From Chiloscyllium plagiosum (lineage: Eukaryota), in assembly GCF_004010195.1 (NCBI RefSeq), contig NC_057719.1, positions 78,101,929 to 78,149,860 of the forward strand: a stretch of DNA of 47,932 nucleotides. The letters run 5' to 3'. The stretch's first letter is position 1. Each line of letters starts with the position of its first letter. Below, one piece after another: positions 12,236 through 23,407 of the stretch. The notes beneath the pieces are model-generated. The model ran no database searches. It worked only from the letters and a program-made list of their open reading frames with translations, and was not told the DNA's origin. The position numbers were made by a program, and so were the translations under genes.

Positions 12236-12316
12236 GCTGTGATGGCTGAGGGGTTAAGGCGTTGGACTTGAAATCCAATGGGGTCTCCCCACGCAGGTTC
12301 AATCCCTGTTTGCACG
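12236..12316 (+). tRNA. tRNA-Ser (anticodon TGA), probable pseudogene
   Basis: GCTGTGATGGCTGAGGGGTTAAGGCGTTGGACTTGAAATCCAATGGGGTCTCCCCACGCAGGTTCAATCCCTGTTTGCACG closely follows vertebrate tRNA-Ser(CGA/TGA). Anticodon stem TTGGA/TCCAA with TGA at 12269-12271; long variable arm GGGG/CCCC; acceptor stem damaged (apparent 1-nt deletion). Confidence 0.88.
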
Positions 12317-12589
12317 TTGCTTCTAGTCGGTTGCTTACTAGATTGTAAGAGCATCCTGTTTGGCCTGCTGTGAATGGTACATTCTGATTAAACCTGTCTT
12401 GGAAACCTCTCAATGGATTTTCTTTTATTATTCAACAATGTGGAAGCAACATCCAAATCCCAACTTCTGAACCCTCGCTTCAATGGAAAATGTTCAGGTG
12501 TCAGTCGTTGTTGCGGTTTACTGGGAGGAGATTGCAGTATTTTGATCTGATCCAGGCTGTTCATTCAAATAAACAACCACGTTGTCTTG

Positions 12590-12899
12590 TAGATTAGATT
12601 ACTTAGTGTGGAAACAGGCCTTTCGGCCCAACAAGTCCACACCCACTCTCCGAAGAGCAACGCACCCAGACACATTACATTTACCCCTTCACCTAACACA
12701 ACGGGCAATTTAGCATGGCCAATTCACCTAACCTGCACATTTTTGAACTGTGGGAGGAAACCGGAGCACCCAGAGGAAACCCACACAGACAAGGGGAGAA
12801 TGTGCAAACTCCACACAGACTGTTGCCTGAGGCAGGAATTGAACCAGGGTCTCTGGCGCTGTGAGGTAGCAGTGCTAACCACTGTGCCACCGTGTTGCC
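12590..12899 (-). mobile_element. HE1-type SINE
   Basis: Full head, V-domain and tail in reverse; the (TAATC)n tail reads tagattagatt. Confidence 0.92.
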
Positions 12900-13106
12900 G
12901 TGACACCCCTCTCTTCTTGAGGGGTGTTGTCTAACCCCCTCAATCTCTCAAATTGGGTCAGACAGAAGAGATTTGTGTTCCCATTCCAGTTAAGGCTGGT
13001 GAAGATGGCCAGTCCTTGGCCTAACCTGATCCGCTGGGTGGGGAACATTGTAATTGTCTGCCTTGCATTTATTTATCTTGTGCACTATCTCTTGTGCACT
13101 ATTAGT

Positions 13107-13420
13107 GGGCGGCACGGTGGCACAATGGTTAGCACTGCTGCCTCACAGCGCCGGAGACCCGGGTTCAATTCCCGCCTCAGGCGACTGACTGTGTGGAGTT
13201 TGCACGTTCTCCCCGTGTCTGCGTGGGTTTCCTCCGGGTTCTCTGGTTTCCTCCCACAATCCAAAGATGTGCAGGTCAGGTGAATTGGCCATCCTAAATT
13301 GCCCGTCGTGTTAGGAAGGGGTAAATGTAGGGGTATGGGTGGGTTGCGCTTCGGCGGGTCGGTGTGGACTTGTTGGGCCGAAGGGCCTGTTTCCACACTG
13401 TAATGTAATCTAAAAAAAAA
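13107..13420 (+). mobile_element. HE1-type SINE, young-looking (CpGs retained)
   Basis: gggcggcacggtggcacaatggttagcactgctgcctcacagcgcc...gggttcaattcccgcc...gggccgaagggcctgtttccacactgtaatgtaatcta. Confidence 0.93.
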
Positions 13421-14439
13421 TCTCTGTTCTGTCCTCTTATAGCCGTGACACTAGTTGTGTAGAACAAGAGGACGCTTGCCTGTAGAATGGGCCTGATTCT
13501 TCATTCTCACACAGTGAACTTTCCCATGATCAACATAATTGGATCAGTGTCGTGCAAGTGCGCCTTTGTCTCACTGCAATCTTCACAGTGGCATCAAAAT
13601 GACAAGTTGAGGAAAACATGGAGTTCTTGCTCATGCAATATGAACCAGTACAGAACCAAACAGCACAAAATAGAATTGAGAGGTCAGGCGATCCTTTTCC
13701 TTGTCAATAAATGTGGAACTGTAAGAGCACTGAGCTAATCTCCATCATCTGGCCAAGACTCAATGAAGGAAGCAAAATGCTACTGTTGCTACTGGCTACA
13801 ATACAATATTGTCACGCGTACTCCATTGTAGGAGTACATTGAAAAGGTTTTCTAACGCTACCTTCTTATGGTGACATCTTAGGTACAAGTACCTCAGTAC
13901 AATTCATGGATGCAGCAGAGGAATAAAAATAGTTGCATTACTTCACAGTTGAAAATAAGTTAAAAATAGGATATCATTAAAGGGTTGACATTATACTAAG
14001 GTAGGAAGTTTCAAATAGACACCACAGTGTAGCAGCTCAGCACAGGCCCTCCACACGCGGTCTAACCGCCCACGCCAGACCCCAGCCAACAGTCGGCACC
14101 GCTGTGCTCCAAGCCCTGGACTGCTCCGTACCAGCACTCAGCTGCTACAAGGTAAGGGCCAGGATTATCTCCCCCGCCTCACCTACTCTGCCCAGGACAC
14201 GATGTGCACACACTGCTCCGGGGCTGTTTTCCCCACTCCCTGCTCTGGGGCTACAAAGTAATTATATCCATTCACTATCTGGCTGAACTTCAATTTAGGA
14301 CCGCTCCTACAGAATATTGACACACGACACAATGTGTAACCGTCTAGGTGTGGCTCGGGCTCAAACTACATGAGGTCCTCACTCACACTTAGCGGGTCTT
14401 AAATACATTTTACCAGAGTATAGACTTAGTGTTATAGAG

Positions 14440-15313
14440 GCTACCTCAGAGTGCAACAGGATCTTGATCAGCTGGGCCAATAGGCGGAGGAGTGGCAGAT
14501 GGAGTTTAATTTAGATAAATGTGAGGTGTTGCATTTTGGAAAGGCAAATCAGGGCAGGACTCATACACTTAATGGTAAGGTCCTAGAGAGTGTTGCTGAA
14601 CAAAGAGACTGTGGAGTGCAGGTTCATAGTTCATTGAAAGTAGAGTCGCTGGTTGATAGGATAGTGAAGAAGGTGTTTGGTACACGTTCCATTATTGGTC
14701 AGTGTATTGAGTACAGGAGTTGGGTGGTCATGTTGTGGCTGTATATGACATTGGTTGGGCCACTGTTGGAATATTGCGTGCAATTCTGGTCTCCTTCCAA
14801 TCGAAAAGATGTTGCAAAACTTGAAAGGGTTCATAAGGGATTTACAAGGATGTTGCCAGTGTTGGAGGATTTGAGCTATAGGGAGAGATTGAATAGGCTG
14901 AGGCTGTTTTCCCTGGAGCGTCGGAGGCTGAGGGGTGACCTTATAGAGGTTTATAAAATCATGAGGGGCATGGATAAGGTAAATAGACAAGATCTCTTCC
15001 TTGGAGTGGGCAAGTCCAGAATGAGAGGACATAGGTTTAGGGAGAGAGGGGAAAATGTTAGAAGGGACCTAAGGGGCAACTTTTTCATGCAGAGGGTGGT
15101 GCATGTGTGGAATGAGCTATCAGAGGAAGTGGTGGAGACTGGAACAATTACAACATTTAAAAGGCATCTGGATGGGTACATTAATAGGGAGGATTTAAAG
15201 GGATATGGGCCAAGTGCTGGCAAATGGGACTAGATTAGGTTGGGGTATCTGGTTGGCATGGACGAGTTGAACCGAAGGTTCTGTTTCTGTGCTGTACATC
15301 TCTATGACTATGA
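14440..15313 (+). mobile_element. 5'-truncated young CR1 with an uninterrupted C-terminal ORF2 fragment
   Basis: ORF 14499-15233 (244 aa): WQMEFNLDKCEVLHFG, LEYCVQFWSP, LERRRLRGDLIEVYKIM, FFMQRVVHVWNEL; tail ctctatgactatgac. Confidence 0.93.
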
Positions 15314-15617
15314 CAAGGTTCTTAAATGTTCAGCTCTTACAGTTGCTGACTGCTTGAGCAATTTTCTTAAAGGTCTATATGAGGAATCTTCAGATCTCCA
15401 CGGACACCAGTGTTCTGCCTGCTGTAGCTAAATGGAGTCTTCATTAATCCCAGCAATGCTGGATCATCACCCCTGTATATCATAGTGACAGAGGGATCAG
15501 GTAGATTTGCTGCCACCATCCTCTTTCCTGGTCGGGATCTCCAGAAACCCTGTTTGGTCGAGTGTGGCAGAGGAACACATCTTGGTAGAAGAAGGCCTTG
15601 TCTTAACAAAGATGTTG

Positions 15618-15686
15618 ACCTGCTGTGCTTTTCCAGCAACACATTATCAGCTCTGATCTACAGCATCTGCAGGTCCTCACTTTCTC
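15618..15686 (+). mobile_element. 69-bp Penelope-tail insertion with 16-bp TSD
   Basis: acctgctgtgcttttccagc...gcatctgcaggtcctcactttctc flanked by cttaacaaagatgttg at 15602-15617 and 15687-15702. Confidence 0.85.
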
Positions 15687-16295
15687 CTTAACAAAGATGT
15701 TGTTTGTTGCATGGAAGCAACTCGGTAGAAGTTGCATGAGCCTGACAAATATTGTTACTGAGATTAAGGGAGACACAGTTGATCGCTTGCCTGAGTTCAG
15801 GTGACACCATGATATTGAGCAGTGCCCACTGTACTCAGCATCACACCTTCGAGATCCCTTTTACAATATGTCCCTGATGGTGAACTCATTTGCTGCTGCT
15901 GTATCACATCGCAGCCTGGTTGCATTGACCAACCTGAGATTTTTCCCAGCATTGAGCAAGGTGAGTTATGTAATTCTGGAAATGGGTGCCTTTCCAAGGT
16001 AACAGAAGGAAACAATCCCGTCTACTTGGATTTCTGTTTATGTCGTCGGTCTGTTTGTTCTTTTCCCAGTTCTGCTGCCGGGAGGAGTTAATTCCAGATA
16101 AGGAGTTCACTTTACCACATAATAAAGCTCCCAGATTGCTTTTAAAAGACTCCGAAGGATTGAAAACAAATCCGACAGGTTCCTGGCCATTCTGGGAGAA
16201 TTGGAAACCTACCTGAAAATGGCCTTCCCATCAAAAGCTGTTACATGAAGACAATGGGACAAGATGCTCGTGTGGCAGAGATGGGGAGAGTGGAG

Positions 16296-17035
16296 TGGGG
16301 TTGGAGGTTTTGACATTTCCCCATTGGCCCTGTTTTTGTTTGGGGGTGGGGGGGGGTGTAGTGTGAAGTGGGAAGAGGTGGGGACAGAATGATAAAAGGC
16401 CCGTCGCCTTCCTACCCATCCTAGAGCTCCCCCTATAATTCAGGCAGGTGGGTGGGTGCCAATCCAACAGCCCAGTCACTGTATGTAACTAAATAATTAG
16501 AGTCAACTGGGTTTGGTAAAGCTCACTTGACCAAAACAGCACCCTGCCCATGCCTTAATATGGCAGGCCGGAAGATGTGGGCAACCTTTTAGAAAAAAGT
16601 GTGGGAAGGAACTGGGTGTTATGTCTGAAGGATGCACTTTGCCCATTGGGTCTTCCCCTTGCCAGAAGTTAGTAACCCACCACTTAATTAATGCCCCGAT
16701 ATACCTGCATGTGAGGTTCCATTAGGTCCTTCTTGGGCCTGCCTGCAGTACTGGCAGTGCCTACTAGAGGTCTACCAACCAAGCAGATTGGCCTGCAGTT
16801 CCAGAGGGTGCCACTGAGGAGCAGAAGTCCTACTCTGCACCCACAGCACTTAATCTCTGCATTCTGGATTAGTGGTGCTGGAAGAGCACAGCAGTTCAGG
16901 CAACATCCAAAGAGCAGCGAAATCGATGTTTCGGGAAAAAGCCCTTCTGACCTTGCCCGTCAACCTGCTGCCTACTTTCTCATGGGGTTGGTGAACCATC
17001 CGACCCCGAACCTCCTCCGTGTAAATTTCTGCCCC
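16296..17035. mobile_element. Degenerate non-autonomous DNA transposon (Harbinger-type MITE-like)
   Basis: Right end gtaaatttctgcccc resembles the gggc.gaatttt termini also seen near 30032 and 40722-40733; internal ccactta motifs; no ORF. Confidence 0.4.
16859..16946 (-). mobile_element. Penelope-tail insertion starting within the hammerhead motif
   Basis: Reverse complement: gaagggctttttcccgaaacatcgatttcgctgctctttggatgttgcctgaactgctgtgctcttccagcaccactaatccagaat. Confidence 0.8.
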
Positions 17036-17629
17036 AGGTTCCTGGTAAGTCTTTTTGTAGGCATGGTCTGGCTGGCAGAAACATCTCTGTCAAAGAAAGA
17101 GAGGGTAAAAGAACCCTCCTTATGAATACCTGCTCTTAAGCAACCTGTAGGCTGGAACTGCATTGGGACTTGAACTTTGTACTTGATAAACCCTACCAGG
17201 CCTCACTATTACATCCTAAAACTGGAGAATGACAGCAAATACCTGCATTGTGAGTATGAAACCAAAGAGAATCCATCCTTTTAACAAGCAGAGTTTTTCT
17301 TCAGTGGCTGCCAAGGATCACAATCCTTCATCACATCAAGTCTTCACCCCAGGGAAAAGCAAGTATTGGAAAGAACTGTCAAAATCCTAAAGCATAACAC
17401 TTGCTAATTTTATCATCACAATCTTTTCCTGGTTCCTATGTTTGAGAGCATGGAGTTGTGTATATTCTGTTGTTGAACAATAAACATTTAGCCTTTCTTT
17501 TTAAACTCATACAAAGCCAGGCAATTACAGTACTGGAGAGCTAAGACACCATTTGTAAACATGCTGTTCTTTAGCCGATGGATAGGTGAAGGACAAAGTG
17601 AATGCTTCACTGCTACCCCGTCTCTACCT

Positions 17630-17875
17630 GTCTGCTTACCTCAGAAACTTCACAACTCCGACAACTCCACAACCCTCCAAGGTATCTGCACTGATCTCAT
17701 TCTAACTGTTTTGTTCACCTCTGATTTTATTTGCTGCAAGATTGATGGCTGTATCACCATCCTTCCAAATCCTAAGCTCTGGAATTCCCTCCCTAAGCGT
17801 TTTCACTCCACTTCCTCTCTCTGCTTCTGTAAGACACCCTTTAAGACCTGCTCTTTTGACTAAGCTTTTGGCTAG
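17630..17875 (+). mobile_element. L2-clade LINE 3' fragment
   Basis: PKLWNSLPK...CKTPFKTCSFD*AF resembles the L2 C-terminal LWNSLP..FK..LKT.LF motif. Confidence 0.7.
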
Positions 17876-17924
17876 CTGCGCTAAAGTCCATTGGCGTTCC
17901 TTATTCTTTCATTAGATAGAAATT

Positions 17925-18225
17925 TGCTGCCTATCCCTAATTACCCTTGAACGGATGAGTGTTTTGCAAGGATATTTCAGAGGGCAGTTAAGAACCAACC
18001 ACATTGCTGTGGGTCTGGAATTAGATGTGGCCCAGTCCAAGGAAGGAAGCAGAATTTCTTCTTGAAAGGACTTCAGGACTGGTGCACACTTTTGCAGCAA
18101 TCACTGAGAACAAACTAGCTTGCACTTCCAAGTTTATTCATGGAATTCCACTCGTTGCTGCAGAGGGATTTGAACCAGAGCATTCACCTTCATATCCAGA
18201 TTACTCATCCAGTGACCACTTAGGT
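17925..18225 (-). mobile_element. tRNA-derived SINE sharing a LINE 3' tail (family of 38455-38768)
   Basis: atttcagagggcagttaagaaccaaccacattgctgtgggtctgga and ggatttgaacc (reverse-complement B-box); same blocks as 33615-33865 and 38455-38768. Confidence 0.7.
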
Positions 18226-18761
18226 TGATTTACTTAAAAAAAAGTAACTTCTGCTGTAGCCAAGGGCTGAACTGAAGTAAGCTTTCGAATCAACCATGCC
18301 AAGTAAAATATAGAAATACAAAAATTGATTTAATGAATAGAGTAGGATGACATACTGATCTTTTCAACACATGCTTGTTACTATAGGCAAAAACTGAACA
18401 GCAACATTCATTTCCACCCACAAACCTAGGCAGGTGACAGCGCCTGAGAGAGATGAGTCATGTTTGACTACCCATGACATCACTGACCTGTCTGAATACT
18501 TTTATCTCAGTATGAGTCTGTCCTTAGACAGTCACTAGATGGCAATCAGGAGCATACTTTGTCCTTTCAAGGCTGGGTGACTGTGGCTAATTGTAGAAAA
18601 ACGTGCACTGCCTCAGAGGAGGTTGATTCCTCACGTCAAGAACCATTCTCGTCCATTTGGCCCAGTCACTCACTGCCTCAACCATAAATTGTAGAAGTTA
18701 TGAATGTATATTCGTGCAACATCTTATCTCCCCACCCCAGTCCAGTGTTCCAGATTTTTTT

Positions 18762-18901
18762 TTAAAAATCACACAACACCAGATTATAGTAGAACAAGTT
18801 TATTTGGAAGCACTAGCTTTCAAATAAACCTGTTGGACTATAACCTGGTGTGTGTTTTTTTAACTGTGTCCACCCCAGTCCAACACAGGCTCCTCCACAT
18901 C
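18762..18901. mobile_element. Penelope-derived fold-back element (family C)
   Basis: Arm aaaaatcacacaacaccagattatagt..gtttatttg is inverted against caaataaacctgttggactataacctggtgtgtgttttt; same tail as 42190-42362 and 45790-46032. Confidence 0.75.
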
Positions 18902-18954
18902 AGAATGTTTTGTTCAACCCGGAAAGGATTATATGCAAAGTGCGGTCCGTGTTA

Positions 18955-19150
18955 ATATGCCAACAATTTTCACACAAGAGAAGCTGCCATAATAAATAAA
19001 TGAGTAACCCTATAACCTCATTGATGGTTTTTTTGCTGAAGAAAACCACGTTGCCCAGAGCATCAGGGTCTTTGACAGCCACCTGAGATGGCAGATGATT
19101 TAACACCATCGTTGATTGTGTAGCTTTCAACCTTCTGATTTAAAGATAAC
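18955..19150 (-). mobile_element. Deu/SacSINE1-like SINE relic
   Basis: ccacctgagatggcagat and aaccttctgatttaaaga resemble reverse-complemented SacSINE1 blocks. Confidence 0.55.
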
Positions 19151-20354
19151 AAAAAGGATACAATAGTCTAAGCTAACAACACTTTTATTCGTTGACAGAA
19201 TGATCTGTTGCTCCAGTGAAGATGCCATGGATGAAAATGGTGAAGCACACTGTTTTGTTTGAAACTGTTTTTGTCTCATTCATGGGATGGTCCACCATTT
19301 ACTGCCCATCACTCGTTACCCTTGAGAAAGTGGTAGCGAGCTGCCTTCTTGAACAGCTGTGGATCATTGGCCATAGACCAGCCATGATCCCATTGAATGA
19401 TGGAACAGGTTCGAGGGGCTAAATGGCCTCCATCTGTTGCAATGTTTCAAAATAAAGATTCCCCTACACTGTCCAAATCAAACACTCTCAGGGGCGGGGT
19501 TAGAATGGGGTTAGGTAGTCAGGTAATGCCATTAGGAAGGGCTACAAAAGTTTTTAATCTGTGAATCCTGGGAGGGTCACTTTCAGGGGGCATGCATTGG
19601 AGAGTCTGGAGTGGGAGTGACTGCGCATGCAATTTTCAGGAGACCCCTGCCCTGTTGAGTCAGATACCACTCTGAGAGTACGACACAGAACCTGGAGATG
19701 ATTTGCTCTCCAGGGGTACAGTTGAGATTGTTCTAAGTGTGATGTATTTTTGCATTTGTGAGGAGTCCACATTTTTGAATAAAACTTGCTGAGATCTTGA
19801 AACAAATTTTCAAAGGACAATCTGCCACAACTATCAGAAAAGACAACGTCACTGATCTGCAGGCGACTGTATATGTAAGTGCAAGAAATTTTGCATGCTG
19901 ATATCACCAGCACACATCCGAACAGCAGAAGGATACTGAACATTAATATGTTCAAGTGTGCAGAAAATCTTTAGAGACTTATGTGGAATTGACTCTGCAC
20001 CCAGCATTAATTATTGTGGCTTAATGCATTATTTATCTCCTGTAATTTGCTGCCATTTCTCTAATCTTTGCTGAGCTTCAGATTCCTGCACTTCAGAAAC
20101 ATGTTGGCAGCTGCACCTTGTTAAGTGTAAATTCCTCAGTAATTGATGGCTTAAAAGCTATGGGGGCAGTACGAAGGATTGGACTGCAGTACGTTACTGA
20201 GCTCCAGGTTTACTTATGTGGCTAAATAATCTATCTAAAAGGTTGTAATGAGGTTTTGTCAATCGCACATTGTACATCTAAAAACAATGCAAATGAATCC
20301 TGGATCAATAAATCTTCTAAGCACTTGAACGGAGGATATTTTTAATTTCTTCTG

Positions 20355-20830
20355 CAACAGCCACAAAGTCAGGACAAATCCCAGGTTATACTTTCTGTGA
20401 CATCTCAGTTGCCTGATGTTCCACTGGCTTTTCAACCACAGTAGGCATCACTCCCACCTGTGACTCAGCTATACCATTCCCAAAGATAAACTGTATCTCT
20501 GGGAAAGAGAATTTCTCTATTACTCCTTCGAAACCTTCATCACTTTTCATCAGACTCTCCAACGTCACTTTATACAAGGGAACACGACTCTGCTCACCAT
20601 GAATTCCACATATTGACACCTTTTCTGACAATATTGCTTCCAAATTACATACCTCCTCATCTCTTGGTGCTGCATCACTTAAAAATCTCAATTTTCTTAC
20701 CTCCTACTTCTGGTACACAAGAAAACCTTTCCCGCACAAGTAAAGTCTTTTAAGAGATTTGATACTTTCATTATTAACCAACCAGGTTGTACATTCATTT
20801 GCAGCTCTTTAGCTTACACTGGAATCTACT
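20355..20830 (-). mobile_element. Gypsy-type LTR retrotransposon internal relic (protease-adjacent region)
   Basis: ORF 20386-20691: ICGIHGEQSRVPLYKVTLES..GVIEKFSFPEIQFIFGNGIAESQVGVMPTVVEKPVE, resembling fish/shark Gypsy polyproteins (ILGND-type protease C-terminal motif). Confidence 0.7.
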
Positions 20831-21138
20831 TTATCTCCTGTAATTTCACCAGATTTGATGGAATTGTGAAACCAGAAGCTATGAAAGATGATGGATACAT
20901 CACTGTAAAACATAAGATAATGGGAAATGCAATGGGAAGTTTTCGATCATGTTGTAAAATGTGAGAGGAAATCTCAGGTTACTGCCTTCACTTTACCGTG
21001 AGGCATCTATTATGGTGTATAATAAATAAAGTTAGATTTAACTTCATGATTGCTTATGTGATTCAGTGCAGCAATTTTCACCTTTGCTTCTAGCCTAATA
21101 AGTCAAACAGTTGAGTACAGTGGCAGCCAAGGTTTGGA

Positions 21139-21149
21139 GGGGGAGGGGG

Positions 21150-21187
<38 letters not shown>

Positions 21188-21215
21188 GTGAGGGTGAGGG
21201 TGGGGGCGGGTGGGG
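21139..21215 (+). repeat. (GA)n microsatellite with adjacent G-run cluster
   Basis: (AG)n at 21151-21181, then GGGGG-TGA-GGG-TGA-GGG-T-GGGGG-C-GGG-T-GGGG at 21184-21215. Confidence 0.9.
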
Positions 21216-22029
21216 TGATGCGTTCACATGTGTGCTCATCTTATGCCAAGCCTGTCATTGGGCAAACAGTGCTGTTGTCTGATTCAGGAGGATGAAAGAT
21301 GAAAATGGGCAGTCTGAGGATATTTTTAATTCCTTCTGCAATACTACAAAGACTACCATGGGCAGTCTGTAGGTACAAATGGGCCTCGTTGGTGTTTGCT
21401 CAGTGTAGCCTACATTCCTTAAAGGGACCACCAGAGAGTTTTCCATACATCGATAAAGAAATATTACATGTTAGTTTTGTTGGGCTGAGAGAATCAGCAG
21501 TGCTCTTTCCTTGATGTACACCAAAATTGCAGCTAACGATTGGCCTGTAAGTGGCCTCTACTCCTCCTCAGATCCAACTTACAGGACAGCACAGCGAGAG
21601 AGCTGCTCAACCTCACAGTCTCTCACAGTTGGAAAGGTGTACAATGTTATGCACAGTTTGCCAGTACCATTCAATGATGGTGGATTTGAACAGGGAATAT
21701 AATGTCTCCTGTGCAGGACTTTTCGGACCTATTTCAGCAGCGATTTAACCCCATTTTTCTGTTCCAATCAGGCTGTGCAGTTCCCACAGACAATGCAACA
21801 GTGCGAGAGCAGTAATCGATACCACATTCAGATTATTAGCTGTCCTGCAGGGCAGGAGTTGAGGGAAGTTGGATGGCTCTGTGCTGTTGGAAGGAACCAA
21901 GGAAGAAGTATTAGGAATTGGTGAGCAGCTAAGTACCAGAGTCAGTCTTCAGAAGTGGTCCTGGGGAGCTATGACAGTGGATAGTTGTTCCCTCTACACT
22001 CGAGGGATTGAAAAGGCACAGGTCATATT

Positions 22030-22185
22030 TGTCTTTTATTTGTTCATGGAATGTGGGCGTTGCTAGCTATACTAAGATTTCTTGCCCATCCCTAATTGAC
22101 TATATGGCAGCTGAGAGTCGACCACATCACTGTGAGTCTGCAGTCACATGTAAGTCAGTCCAGATAAGGATGGCAGATTTCCCCA
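22030..22185 (-). mobile_element. SINE/LINE-tail relic (family of 38455-38768)
   Basis: ttgcccatccctaattg...gagagtcgaccacat...agtcacatgtaagtcagtccagataaggatggcagatttcc. Confidence 0.65.
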
Positions 22186-23111
22186 AAAGGCTTGATGAAA
22201 CTGAACAAGATTGGGGTTCAAAGAAAACCCAGCAATATGTTTAGCTTGGTGAAGTTAGCTGTGGACAAAAAGCTAGGGTTGTACCATAACAAGTATTGGG
22301 GTGCAGCTTAAAGGTCACGGGTAATGTGAATCCAGGAGAGTGATCAACTGTTACAGGAGCTGTCATTGAGGCAGTTGATGACAGAGTGGTACTTGAGAGG
22401 GACTTTCAAGGCAGGCTTGGCAAAACTAAAGCAATGTGATTCCTTAGTGATATTCAATAACATCTGATGACCCACCACATCATTGTCTATCTTGACTGCA
22501 TTTATCATTTGATATATTTTCCAAGGTTTTGATCACATTACATTAACCATGTTTACACATTAATTCTGAGTGTTAGAAATGGGGTGTGTCTACATCGGAC
22601 ATTGAGTTACCAGTCTAATTTACAAATGGTTGTTGTTTATTCAAAACCTTGGAATCTTGTGAAGTGAATCTGGAGAAACTCTGCAGGTCTAGCTGCATCC
22701 ATGGAGAGAGAAATAGAATTAACATAGAAGCTTTAAAAACTCAGGTTTCTAATTTTGGTTTGGCAATTGTAAGGTTGCATTAGCAGTAGTAAGTTTTATT
22801 ATGAGATTAATTAAAATAAACTAAGACCAAAAACTTTCATGCACAATAAAGATGGCAGGGTAGGTGTTATGTAGATATCTGCAGACTGTGGGAGCTGTTG
22901 GATGCCACTGTGATCCAAGTCGATCACATTTTCTGTAACTGGTGGCATTTTTGAGTGGCTTCAATCACAGTCAATGAGCAAAAAGGTTGAGATCCACGCT
23001 GCAATGCAGTGGGGGAAGACTTTATTCCAGAAGGCAGACACACCCCTCAGGATAGGGTTGTCTGACTTGGTCAGTGACCGGGATGGTTGGGTGTGAGTGC
23101 TAATGGGGCAA

Positions 23112-23407
23112 GTCATGGACTCATTGAGATGTACAGCACAGAAACAGACCCTTTGGTCCATCTCATCCATGCCGACAGGATATCCTAAATTAATCTAATC
23201 CCATTTGCCAGCACTTGGCCCATATCCCTCTAAATCCTTCCAATTCATATCTCCATCCAGATGCATTTTAAATGTTGTAATTGTACCAGTCTCCACCACT
23301 TCCTCTGGCAGCTCGTTCCATACACGCACCACCCTTTGTGTGAAAAAATTGCCCCTTCCGTCCCTTTTAAATGTTTCCCCTCTCACCCTAAACCTATGCC
23401 CTTTAGT
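23112..23407 (-). mobile_element. CR1 3' fragment (same subfamily as 14440-15313)
   Basis: ORF 23195-23386: GNFFTQRVVRVWNELPEEVVETGTITTFK..GYGPSAGKWD. Confidence 0.9.

Noticed and set aside
12608..13396. Recurring 60-120 aa ORFs (MAQWLALLPHS..., METGPSAQQVH...) as a gene family
   Set aside because: They are translations of HE1 SINE copies
14499..15233. Longest ORF (244 aa) as a host gene
   Set aside because: It is the C-terminal part of CR1 ORF2, 5'-truncated and followed by the CR1 tail
15489..15992. About 140-codon + frame with a single stop once the 69-bp insert and one TSD copy are removed
   Set aside because: No recognisable domain or convincing splice frame; plausible by chance among the many frames examined
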